A stretch of 64,000 nucleotides of DNA, from assembly GCA_040772385.1 (NCBI GenBank), contig JAXGYF010000001.1, positions 6,701,049 to 6,765,048 of the forward strand, read 5' to 3'. A program made the position numbers and the translations under genes. Position 1 is the stretch's first letter; every line of letters begins with the position of its first letter. Below, piece after piece: positions 17,827-26,536 of the stretch. Below the pieces are notes generated by a model. It ran no database searches. It was not told the origin of the DNA and saw only the letters and a list, made by a program, of their open reading frames with translations. This stretch comes from Candidatus Vecturithrix sp. (lineage in GTDB: Bacteria; Moduliflexota; Moduliflexia; Moduliflexales; Moduliflexaceae).

Positions 17827-18397
17827 TCACAATTAAATGCGCACCGGGAATCGTCTCAGCAAATTTAGCAAGATCCATAATATCATTCTTATTAATCAAC
17901 TTAGCCCCCATGGGGCTGGTATTATCAATTTTACAAATCACAGCGACATGCCCTTTATCCCGAGAATTCAAGAGTACTTCGACCGCATCGCCCTTATCAT
18001 TCGTCACGGTGACAGAGCCGTCATAATTGCTAAACGTTGAGGATTTATTATCAACCGCGTCGTCATAATTAATGGTGACAATATACAATTCAGCCATGTC
18101 ATCCAATTTGGTGATACGAATAATCTCTTCATTTTCGCTTTGGGCGTCTTTATTATCATCAAATCCTTCATCGCCGCTGAGTTCAATAAAGGGAAAACTG
18201 TTTAAACTCCCTAAATCACCGCCTGGATAATTGTCTGAAAACACACCGCCAGTTCGCCCATCTTTGGTTTTATAGAAAGTCATCAGATCAAGATCCACCG
18301 CCGCAGTCCACTTCAACGACACCATGAGTTGTTTTACTGAAACATACGCTTCTTCATCTTTGGTGGTGAGTGTCACCTTACGTTTCAAGGTTGCCAT
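17819..18397 (-). CDS. TerD-family protein, paralog 2
   Basis: MATLKRKVTL...VDLDLMTF...SGDEGFDDNKDAQSENEEII; GGAGG RBS before the ATG at 18397. Confidence 0.65.
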   Translation of the reverse strand: MATLKRKVTLTTKDEEAYVSVKQLMVSLKWTAAVDLDLMTFYKTKDGRTGGVFSDNYPGGDLGSLNSFPFIELSGDEGFDDNKDAQSENEEIIRITKLDDMAELYIVTINYDDAVDNKSSTFSNYDGSVTVTNDKGDAVEVLLNSRDKGHVAVICKIDNTSPMGAKLINKNDIMDLAKFAETIPGAHLIVNA

Positions 18398-18413
18398 ATT
18401 TTTCCTCCAAACA

Positions 18414-18462
18414 GGAGTGCGAAAGCTCTGCTTTCGCAACGAAAGCAGAGCTTTCGCACTCC
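18414..18462. repeat. Family-S perfect hairpin GGAGTGCGAAAGCTCTGCTTTCG-caa-CGAAAGCAGAGCTTTCGCACTCC
   Basis: 23-bp perfect arms read from sequence, between the vWA and TerD-2 genes. Confidence 0.6.
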
Positions 18463-18470
18463 TATATTCT

Positions 18471-19244
18471 TTAATATAACTTTTTGTGCCTGGCTTCTCG
18501 TAACCAGGACGGAAACTCTGTCAGCATGCGCTTATACAGTTCATCGTCTGAAATACTGCCAATATCGTTTAAGGCAAAAAAATTAGCATTGTCAATAAAG
18601 CGGCCCGACATCGTGTCTAATTTTTCAAGAAAGCTGAATTTTCCTTTACCAATGCCGACAAACTGCCAGAAAATCGGAGATTTGGAGGCCTGTACAATAG
18701 CCTTCTCAGCTTCCGGCGGGTCATGATTATCCCCATCCGTGACAAATAGCACATACGCCGGGTCACCCGGTTCGGTGGTATATTTTGTGACAATCCGGTG
18801 AAGAACGCCGGCATAATTTGTGCTGCCTTCAAGCCGGTAGTGGCTGGTAATTTCTCGTTCGACAAACTCGAAAAAATTTTGTTCCGATAACTCGCCAACT
18901 TCATAGTCATCCTTGCCAAACAAAAAAATATCAACCGCGCCGTTATCGTCGAATTTCACTCCCAGGGCCAATAAGCGTTCGCAGACTTCCTGGACAATGC
19001 CTTGTTCGAACATTTTACGCATTGAAACCGAAATATCCAGGGCCAAAGCCACCCGCGCCCGTTGCCCTTCTAATCCGGCGTTTTTTACGGCAAGTGTCAC
19101 TTTCTTTTTTAAGTGCACCAGGTGTTCTTCAGCTTTTTTTCGTTTGAGCTGCACCGTTTGACTCATCTTTTGTTTCTTGCACCCATCGAACATACCGTTA
19201 TGATCCAAACGCCCATGTTTTCCGGGCAGCAAGACTCCTTTCAT
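18471..19244 (-). CDS. von Willebrand factor A domain protein, TerF/TerY-like
   Basis: MIDAS motif LALDISVSM, FVTDGDNHD, WQFVGIG; Lys-rich N-terminal segment. The start is uncertain (19244, 19166 or 19304). Confidence 0.6.
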   Translation of the reverse strand: MKGVLLPGKHGRLDHNGMFDGCKKQKMSQTVQLKRKKAEEHLVHLKKKVTLAVKNAGLEGQRARVALALDISVSMRKMFEQGIVQEVCERLLALGVKFDDNGAVDIFLFGKDDYEVGELSEQNFFEFVEREITSHYRLEGSTNYAGVLHRIVTKYTTEPGDPAYVLFVTDGDNHDPPEAEKAIVQASKSPIFWQFVGIGKGKFSFLEKLDTMSGRFIDNANFFALNDIGSISDDELYKRMLTEFPSWLREARHKKLY

Positions 19245-19248
19245 CGGC

Positions 19249-20436
19249 TTAATCTTTTTTGCCGGCGACCCATTGCAGTCCCCATTTATAGGCTTGATCG
19301 ACATCCTGATGACCGCGGAAATATTGAACGATCTTAGTCACCTTAAAAACATCATGCACATTTTCCAACAACGCAATGGCGCACATAGGCATCCCATCGC
19401 GGGGATCGTCGAGGTGTACGAGAATATCGGGCGAGCCGGCTTGTTTGATCGTCACCACGCCATCAGCCTGCGACCAGTTTGCCACACCTTCATAGATGTA
19501 CGAATAGACCAGAATTCGCTTGAATTCCTGCATGTAATCACCGTTAATACGCAAATTTTCTCCTTCAGCCTGAGCGCCGGTGCGGTCATCACCGCAGTGA
19601 AAAATATAGGGCGGTTGGTTATACGCGCCAAAGGTTTTCCCCAGAGGTTGTACCGCAGATTTGATGCCGTTTCTCAATTCAAAAAGACAGCCCAGATCAA
19701 GATCAATCGCCTGCCCGCCGCCGCCGAACATTTTAGAGAGTAAGCCGCCAGATGGTTTCGGCTGAGGACGCTGATTCCAATTCAGATTGACTAAGATTTC
19801 TCCGACTTTCCCGCCGCTTTTCGGTTTGAGTGTGACCGATTCGCCTTTTTTCTTCAGCACAATTTTCGAGGCTAAGTTCAGGTGATTGGCTCCCGGAATG
19901 TTCGCTTGAAATTCCGCCATGCTCATAATCCGGTTTTCATTAACCAATTTTGCGCCCATAAATCCGGAATTATCAATTTTGGCAATCACCGCCACAACGC
20001 CAGACTGAGAAGAATCCAGAGGCACGGACACATTTTCCCCTTTATCATCAACGACCGTGACTTGCGCATCGTACTTGCTGAAACGCGATTCTTGCCCCTG
20101 ACTGGCATCAGTAAAATTAATTGTGCAAATATAGACCTCGGCCATATCATCTAATTGCGTAATACGGATCACCTCTTCATTTTGACCGCCGGTAGCGCCA
20201 ACGCCGGCATCTGCGCTGAGTTGGATAAAAGGAAAGGTGTTCAAACTGCCCATATCGCCGCCCGCATAATTGTCGGAAAAAATGCCGCCCATACGTCCAT
20301 CTTTGGTTTTATAAAAGGCCATCAGGTCGAGGTCAACAGAAGCAGTCCATTGGAGGGAGACCATCAACTGTTTGACAGAGACATACGCTTCCTCGCCTTT
20401 AGTCTTCAGCGTGACCTTTGGTTTTAACGTTGCCAT
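19249..20436 (-). CDS. tandem TerD-family protein (diverged N-terminal TerD-like domain + canonical C-terminal TerD domain)
   Basis: N-domain MATLKPKVTL...VDLDLMAF is paralogous to the 10369 and 17819 genes. C-domain carries AIDLDLGCLF and the Ca-site-like GDDRTGAQAEGENLRI. AGGAGG RBS. Confidence 0.65.
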   Translation of the reverse strand: MATLKPKVTLKTKGEEAYVSVKQLMVSLQWTASVDLDLMAFYKTKDGRMGGIFSDNYAGGDMGSLNTFPFIQLSADAGVGATGGQNEEVIRITQLDDMAEVYICTINFTDASQGQESRFSKYDAQVTVVDDKGENVSVPLDSSQSGVVAVIAKIDNSGFMGAKLVNENRIMSMAEFQANIPGANHLNLASKIVLKKKGESVTLKPKSGGKVGEILVNLNWNQRPQPKPSGGLLSKMFGGGGQAIDLDLGCLFELRNGIKSAVQPLGKTFGAYNQPPYIFHCGDDRTGAQAEGENLRINGDYMQEFKRILVYSYIYEGVANWSQADGVVTIKQAGSPDILVHLDDPRDGMPMCAIALLENVHDVFKVTKIVQYFRGHQDVDQAYKWGLQWVAGKKD

Positions 20437-20658
20437 GCTCTTGCCTCCTGTTATAATCGCTGTGAAGTTTTGAAGTATGGATAAAAAATCTACAAACTTT
20501 TTACTCAACAGAACGGGTTTGTCAAGTACTTTTTTCACAGGAGAATAAATCGGAATGTGCCGCGTTTTTTCTTGACAGTTCATTCCAGTGAAACGTATTT
20601 GAGTAACTACTGTTCTGGGACACAAGTTTTTACGAGCGCTCTACAACGGAGTTTTATA

Positions 20659-20786
20659 GGAGTGGCAAAGCTCGGCTTTGCCATCTGGCGAAGCGTTCAG
20701 CGAGCCGGGTACGCCGGTGCGGCGATGGCTCGGTTCGCTGAATGTTTCGCCTGCTACCACCCGCCAAAGCCGAGCTTTGGCACCCC
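20659..20786. repeat. Family-S compound palindrome (GGAGTGGCAAAGCTCGGCTTTG ... CAAAGCCGAGCTTTGGCACCC with an inner GGCGAAGCGTTCAGCGAGCC/GGTTCGCTGAATGTTTCGCC repeat) in the divergent promoter region
   Basis: Read from sequence. Confidence 0.5.
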
Positions 20787-20860
20787 TGGGTTCTCGTACA
20801 AATAAAAAGGGATTTGTGAATATTGCCTGAGAATAATGGAGAGGAGGAACACGACGATTC

Positions 20861-21700
20861 ATGAAAAAATCATCAACATTTGGCAAGATTGTTCGAGGCA
20901 TTCTGGGAAAAGATGAAAAACGGGCGCGCCTGGAAAAAGAGATCGTGAAACTGGCGCAGCGCAAAGGAGGACGCCTGTCCATCCTTGAAATTGTCGCTGA
21001 AACGTCCATGAATACCAAAGAAGCAGATGCGATTCTGGAAGAAATGACCGTCAAAGGCTATGTCATGATGGATGTGACCGACTCAGGCGCCATACTCTAT
21101 ACTTTTCCCGGCATCGTTGAAAAAGCGCAGCAGGAAAAACAGGAGTGGTTCAAACACGAAGTGACTAGAGAGACAGGTCCCTCGCAGCCGCCGAAACCTC
21201 AGCCGTCTGACGGGCAAAGGTCCACCATCCGGCATGATGCTTCCGGCAGCCGCCCTCCTTTTCCTCTCCCTGAGCAAAGGCCGCAGCGCGCCGAGCCTGC
21301 CCCGCCTCTCAACCCCAGAGTGATGCCTAAAATAGAGACTCAGGGGTTTAGCTTTGAACTCCAGGAGTGCAAACGCTCAGGAAACAACATCCTCTGTATT
21401 TTCCAGGTGAAGAGCAAGAAACAGCAAAAAAAACTGGCTGTTCGTCCCGGCGCAAGGGTGCTCGACCAAGCTGGCAAGGAATATACAGCGCGAGTCCAGG
21501 TCATCAGCGGCGAGGCAGAAGATACAATTGAATACTTCTGGCTGTCCTTCCGCGCCTGGATTGCTTTGAGATTCCAGGTGACGATTCATATGGGAGCGGC
21601 CTGGCACATCAAAACCCTCGCGCTGCTTGAATTCTCCTGTAAAGATGACATTCTCGGCCCGGAGTTTACCGTGCCGTTTCGCGATCTTCCTCTCTCATAA
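20861..21700 (+). CDS. hypothetical protein; possible winged-helix N-terminus, Pro-rich linker, beta-rich C-domain
   Basis: Divergently transcribed from the TerD/Hsp70 block; GAGGAGGAA RBS; no recognisable catalytic motif. Confidence 0.5.
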   Translation: MKKSSTFGKIVRGILGKDEKRARLEKEIVKLAQRKGGRLSILEIVAETSMNTKEADAILEEMTVKGYVMMDVTDSGAILYTFPGIVEKAQQEKQEWFKHEVTRETGPSQPPKPQPSDGQRSTIRHDASGSRPPFPLPEQRPQRAEPAPPLNPRVMPKIETQGFSFELQECKRSGNNILCIFQVKSKKQQKKLAVRPGARVLDQAGKEYTARVQVISGEAEDTIEYFWLSFRAWIALRFQVTIHMGAAWHIKTLALLEFSCKDDILGPEFTVPFRDLPLS

Positions 21701-21741
21701 CCCAACATCTGTCATTTACAAAATGAAGGTGTTATTTTACG

Positions 21742-21915
21742 GTGTTCCAGGGCACGTCAGTCATTAACTACGCCTACGATCATGACGGCATTCGCATCGG
21801 CAAGACCATCAACGGCACAGAGGTGGTACAGTACGTGGTGGACAAAAGCCGTTCTTACGCGCAGGTGCTTGAGGACACACACCCGAGGCGGCCCTCAGCC
21901 CTCCAGGGCTGTTAA
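21742..21915 (+). pseudogene. orphan YD-repeat (RHS-type) fragment
   Basis: A 57-codon frame translating VINYAYDHDGIRIGKTINGTEVVQYVVD...AQVLED, the typical terminal YD repeats of RHS cores. No start and no remainder of the gene. Confidence 0.35.
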
Positions 21916-21931
21916 GTTCTGCAACATATCG

Positions 21932-21977
21932 GACTGCCAAAGCTCTACTTTCGCCGCCAAAGCAGAGCTTTGGCACT
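21932..21977. repeat. Family-S hairpin GACTGCCAAAGCTCTAC...GCAGAGCTTTGGCACTC
   Basis: Read from sequence. Confidence 0.5.
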
Positions 21978-22093
21978 CTGGAACATCAAGAACTTCACAG
22001 CCCTGTCCCGTAAGCGGAGGGAAATGGATCGACATTCTCCACGCAGAAATGCACGTCATGGAGAAGTAAAGTACTCTTCTTTGTACTGGTTCA

Positions 22094-22330
22094 TTACCAG
22101 TTCTCAGGTTTGGCTTTTTCCCAAATCTCCCGTAATTTGGCTTTGATGTCTGCGACGGTCATATCGGACTTGACATCCTCTCGAGAAATGACGCTGACAA
22201 TCGCCTGCATATCTTCACGAATATTTTTTTGTCCTGCTGTTTCCCCTGCTGACGGTATCAACAGAGTATTATCCTGAATATATTCTTGAACGATCTCTTC
22301 AATTTTGTTGAATTTTTCCTGTACGGTCAT
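22094..22330 (-). CDS. small hypothetical protein (about 79 aa)
   Basis: Start MTVQEKFNKIEE lies behind GGAGGGGGAAGG. The longer ORF to 22531 reads through the leader element and is rejected. Confidence 0.5.
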   Translation of the reverse strand: MTVQEKFNKIEEIVQEYIQDNTLLIPSAGETAGQKNIREDMQAIVSVISREDVKSDMTVADIKAKLREIWEKAKPENW

Positions 22331-22342
22331 AATGTACCTTCC

Positions 22343-22447
22343 CCCTCCTGGGAAACTACAAGGATTCCTCATAAGCAAGGATTTTTTATCCCTGGTTATG
22401 TGAAATCCCTGTAGTTTCATCCAGGTGAGCCTACGCTCATGTGAACT
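22343..22447 (-). promoter_or_regulatory. Family-L structured leader 5' of the small ORF
   Basis: GGGAAACTACAAGGATTCCTCATAAGCAAGGATTTTTTATCCCTGG...GTAGTTTCATCCAGGTGAGCCTACGCTCATG. Confidence 0.55.
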
Positions 22448-22462
22448 CTTTTGAAACGACTG

Positions 22463-22495
22463 GCCGGTTTTTTCAAAAACCGAGTTTTTCTCACT
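22463..22495. repeat. Degenerate PRE-family palindrome (GGCCGGTTTTTTCAAAAACCGAGTTTTTC)
   Basis: Read from sequence. Confidence 0.45.
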
Positions 22496-22540
22496 CAAAA
22501 AAGAATTGTGTCCTTTTGAAGAAATTGTCAACAGGAATCT

Positions 22541-23332
22541 TTAGCGTTTTCCCCCTTTTAATTCAAACAAGTTGGCTTCTGTCGCAAAATATTCCTGTAA
22601 TTCTGTTTTGAAATGGTATAACAGCGGTTTAGTCATGCTTACGACCCTCGGGTTGACAGCGCAGAGTTTCTGCGTTTCTTCGATGCAATGCGTTTCAAAA
22701 TCTTTACGAGGCAAGATAGCTGTAATTAACCCTAGTTCTAGGGCCTGTTCGGCAGGAATTTCTCCGCCTTCCAGCAATAATTTGACTGCAAGGCTTTGCG
22801 GCAGATAGCGTGGCAAAAAAAATGCTAAGGCGCCGTTGGGATGTAATCCGTACCTGGCATGAGTCAGGGAAAACCGCATATCTTCCGTGGCAAAGCGGAA
22901 ATCTGCCGCCAGACTCAATCCAAAAAACGGCGTTACGACTGTGCCCTGCAAGCCGGAAATGCAGATTTTTTGAAAACTCAGCATTTTCATGACCAGACGT
23001 TGCAACACCCGAATTTCTCTGGCGCGAAAAATCCATTTATCAAATTCGAGAAAATTTTGTAGATTATCCGACGTTCCCTCTTTCCCGGCAATTTCCGATA
23101 GAAATTCACGATACGCTTCTTCCCCGAAAATTCCGTGTTCGTTGACGACGACCAGGGCATTCACATTGGTATCTTCTTCTAAGAGATCATAATACGAAAA
23201 ATTCTCTTCAACTGTTTCCAGATCAGTCATGCCTCCAAACACGTTGCCTTTCAATTTAATCACGGCAACGTTCTCCCGCATGTAACGCATGACCTCGCCG
23301 TCTTCATACTCAAACGTCAGTTTCTTTGTCAT
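22541..23332 (-). CDS. enoyl-CoA hydratase/isomerase (crotonase) family protein
   Basis: Crotonase-fold length and motif pattern (ALVVVNEHG..., ISGLQGTVVTPFFGLSLAADFRFA). Confidence 0.65.
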   Translation of the reverse strand: MTKKLTFEYEDGEVMRYMRENVAVIKLKGNVFGGMTDLETVEENFSYYDLLEEDTNVNALVVVNEHGIFGEEAYREFLSEIAGKEGTSDNLQNFLEFDKWIFRAREIRVLQRLVMKMLSFQKICISGLQGTVVTPFFGLSLAADFRFATEDMRFSLTHARYGLHPNGALAFFLPRYLPQSLAVKLLLEGGEIPAEQALELGLITAILPRKDFETHCIEETQKLCAVNPRVVSMTKPLLYHFKTELQEYFATEANLFELKGGKR

Positions 23333-23337
23333 AGCTT

Positions 23338-23412
23338 TCTCCCATGTAAATGAAATATCTCTTCGTACGTGTCAGAAACCGGGTTTTTTGAAAAAACCCG
23401 GTTTCTATGCTT
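23338..23412. repeat. Extended PRE cassette: palindrome + CTGACACG + ..TATTTCATTTACATGGGAG (RBS) directly 5' of the crotonase gene
   Basis: Near-identical to the cassettes at 60022 and 59533. Confidence 0.6.
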
Positions 23413-23422
23413 GACTCCTGGA

Positions 23423-26400
23423 TTACTTTTTCCAATATTTCAGCCGCGTGAACAAGGTTTTAAGATCATGCCCGATCAGATAGAGACACGGGAGCAGAAT
23501 TAAGGTAATTGGCGTGGCAAACAGCAATCCATACCCTAATGACATTGCCATCGGAGTCATAAAAATATCCTCGCCGCCGATGCCATAGACTAAGGGCAAT
23601 AATCCGGCCACAGTGGTAAAGGTTGTCAGAATAATTGGGCGCAGGCGGCTTGCTGTACCTGCGGCGATTAATTCGGCGATGTGTTCAGCGCCGCCGCGCT
23701 GAATCAGATTATTGAGATGATCCACGAGCACGAGCGCGTCATTCACCACTACGCCGGCCATACCGATCACCCCGGTCATAGCAAGAAAGGTCATGGGTTC
23801 GTTGTGTAAGGCAAATGCAATAATCACTCCGGCCAACCCAAAGGGGATGGAGAGAATCACCATAAAAGGCTGCGACACTGAATTAAAGAGCAGCATAAGC
23901 AGAAAATAAATGCCGAGGGCTGCCAGCCCGAATGACACGATCAATTCGATCATCGCTTTCTGCGATTCTTCCGCTTCTCCTCCAACATGCAATTGCATGC
24001 CAGGATAATCCCGATTCAGGTGAAAACGATTGAGAACCGCATTAGTTACCTGAATCGGGGTGATCTTTTTCTGATCCACTTCGCCCGTAATCGTAATGGC
24101 CCGATCACCGTCGTAATGCTGAAAGGCCGACGTGCCTGGCTCAAGTTCCAAAGAAGAGACCTCTTCCAGGGCGATCAACTCTCCTTGTGAATTTGGAATT
24201 CTCAGGCTTTTTAAATAATCAAATCGTTGCCGGAAATCCTCCTGGACAATAACGCGAAATTCCACATCTTCATCGCCATACCGGACGCTGGTCACGATCT
24301 GGCCATCGTAGGCAATCCTGACATTCTGAGCAATATCGGACACAGTCAGTCCGTAACGAGCCAAACGTTCATAATTGATAGTGATATTGATTTCATCTTT
24401 CCCGGGTTTATCGTCACGATCAAGATCTTTCGTCCCTTCAATCGTTTTCAGATAGGCGATCACATCGTTCGCTAATTGGGTTCGCAGATAATCATCAGAA
24501 CCAACGACGCGAATTTCAATTGGTTTTCCGGTCGGAGGACCTCCCGACTCAAGATAAAAGGTCAGGTGTTCAATCCCTTCAATTTGCTGAAGCTGAGCGC
24601 GCACATCTTCCACAATCTGATCCGCAAGACGCTTCCGTTGAGAAAATGGGGTTAAATCCACGGTAAAAAAAGCAACATGTTCGCTTTCCACATTGATAAT
24701 ATCTGTACTGCTTGCGCCGATACGTGAGGTATAGGCTTCCAGTTCGCTTTCTGGCAGCGAGTGAATTACCGCTTCCACTTCTTGCATCTTATCAGCAGTA
24801 GCTTGTAACGATGTTCCGATCGGCAATTCAACAATCATAAAAAACTTTTCGACTCCCTTAGAGGCAAACAGCACAAAATCCATTGAGGTCGCCGCATAGA
24901 TCAACGCTCCGGCTAAAAGCAACATTGCTCCGAGCAATATCAGGTAGCGCAATTTTAATAAAAAATAGATCAACTTTTTAAAGCGATCGCGAATCGGACG
25001 AAACCAGGTTCTGCCAAATGACCGTTTTTTCCCGCCGGCTTGAGCCATTAAACCAGGCAGGATATGGGCCGGCAGAATCAGCAGAGATTCGAACAGCGAG
25101 ACTGATAAAGCCAATGTAATGGTTAAAGGAATGACATACACAAATTTGCCCATCATCCCCTTCATCAAGAACATGGGTAAAAATGCCAGTAAGGTCGTTG
25201 TGACCGAAGCTACCACGGGCAGATAGACTTCATGCACGCCATTGACCGCGGCTTCCAGCGGAGCATCGCCTTTTTCGCGGCGTTGAAAAATATTTTCGCT
25301 GATCACAATGGCATCATCAACAATAATGCCGATCACGATCACCATCGCGGTCATGGTAATACTGTCGAGATCCACGTCAAACAAAGGCAAGAGAATCAGC
25401 ACGCCCAACATGGAAAAAGGGATGCCCAACGCGACCCAGAAGGAACTGCGAATATTTAAAAATGCAGAAAGTACGACCAGCACAAGAACAAGCCCCATGA
25501 TGCCGTTATTTTTGACAATGTCAAATTTATCGCGCACACTTATTGACACATCATTCGTATAAAGAAACGCTATCGTGTCGGGCAGGTTTTGTTTTTCCTC
25601 CTCAACTAAGGCTTTAATCGCCTCAACGGTGCGCACAATATCCGCATTTTCATCTTTCGTCATCACAAAGGAGATCGCTTTTTTACCGTTTATGCGCGGA
25701 ATAATGCGTTCTTCTTCAAAACTATCGTAAATGACAGCCAGATCTTTGATCCGAATGATCGCGCCATCCAACGTTGACCGCACAATTACATCCCCTACCT
25801 CCATAGGATCGCGAAACTGCGAAAGGGTGACGACATTTTTTTCACTGGTATAGGATTCTAAGGAACCGCCGGAAGCCCTGATATTTCTGGCTTGAATGGC
25901 AGCGATCACCTGACTGAGGGGCAGACGGTATTTCATGATGCTATCCGGTGAAATTTCCACGCGAATTTCCCGCGCCAGATAGCCATAGTTATCAACTTTG
26001 GCGACTCCGGGAACATTTTTTAATTTTTTCTCCAACCGACGGGCATATTCTCGTAAATCCGCGTAGGCCAGGGCCTCACTGGTCATTCCGACCTCAATTA
26101 CAGGCATCAGGGCGGTTTTGATTTCTGTCACGGTTGGCGTTTCCGTAACTTCGGCGGGTAAATCGGTCACACGGGCGACAGCTTCCCGGATCTCGGTTTG
26201 CACATCCTCTAAGTCAGACACCTCATCCGCAATCATAACGTCAATCAACGAACTGTTTTCCATCGAAGTCGAAGTAATCTGCTTGATGCCGGTGATCGTT
26301 TTCAATTCCTCTTCGATTTTATTGGTGACATTCAGTTCCACATCCTCTGCTGACGCTCCAGGATAGCGGGTCGTAATCACGACTTCACCAATATCCACTT

Positions 26401-26518
26401 TCGGAAGTTCACTGCGATTGAGATTCATGAGCGAGGCGATCCCCATCATGAACACCATGATTGTTATCAGGTTCGCCAGGAGATGCCGTTCTGCAAAAAA
26501 TTTGAAAAACGCTTTCAT
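23423..26518 (-). CDS. RND (AcrB/HAE1-type) efflux transporter
   Basis: 1031 aa with 12 TM segments and two large periplasmic loops, typical RND architecture. Confidence 0.85.
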   Translation of the reverse strand: MKAFFKFFAERHLLANLITIMVFMMGIASLMNLNRSELPKVDIGEVVITTRYPGASAEDVELNVTNKIEEELKTITGIKQITSTSMENSSLIDVMIADEVSDLEDVQTEIREAVARVTDLPAEVTETPTVTEIKTALMPVIEVGMTSEALAYADLREYARRLEKKLKNVPGVAKVDNYGYLAREIRVEISPDSIMKYRLPLSQVIAAIQARNIRASGGSLESYTSEKNVVTLSQFRDPMEVGDVIVRSTLDGAIIRIKDLAVIYDSFEEERIIPRINGKKAISFVMTKDENADIVRTVEAIKALVEEEKQNLPDTIAFLYTNDVSISVRDKFDIVKNNGIMGLVLVLVVLSAFLNIRSSFWVALGIPFSMLGVLILLPLFDVDLDSITMTAMVIVIGIIVDDAIVISENIFQRREKGDAPLEAAVNGVHEVYLPVVASVTTTLLAFLPMFLMKGMMGKFVYVIPLTITLALSVSLFESLLILPAHILPGLMAQAGGKKRSFGRTWFRPIRDRFKKLIYFLLKLRYLILLGAMLLLAGALIYAATSMDFVLFASKGVEKFFMIVELPIGTSLQATADKMQEVEAVIHSLPESELEAYTSRIGASSTDIINVESEHVAFFTVDLTPFSQRKRLADQIVEDVRAQLQQIEGIEHLTFYLESGGPPTGKPIEIRVVGSDDYLRTQLANDVIAYLKTIEGTKDLDRDDKPGKDEINITINYERLARYGLTVSDIAQNVRIAYDGQIVTSVRYGDEDVEFRVIVQEDFRQRFDYLKSLRIPNSQGELIALEEVSSLELEPGTSAFQHYDGDRAITITGEVDQKKITPIQVTNAVLNRFHLNRDYPGMQLHVGGEAEESQKAMIELIVSFGLAALGIYFLLMLLFNSVSQPFMVILSIPFGLAGVIIAFALHNEPMTFLAMTGVIGMAGVVVNDALVLVDHLNNLIQRGGAEHIAELIAAGTASRLRPIILTTFTTVAGLLPLVYGIGGEDIFMTPMAMSLGYGLLFATPITLILLPCLYLIGHDLKTLFTRLKYWKK

Positions 26519-26536
26519 TGTAGGTTTTTTTCCTTT

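Noticed and set aside
21895-21915. 14-nt identity AGGGCTGTTAAGTT shared between the RHS fragment end and the 46718 spacer
   Set aside because: Several chance 14-mer matches are expected in a 64-kb window (about N^2/4^14). No similarity extends beyond it.
21782-22069. 95-aa ORF (MTAFASARPST...)
   Set aside because: Arg/Trp-rich with no RBS; it overlaps the YD-repeat relic in another frame and the family-S hairpin.
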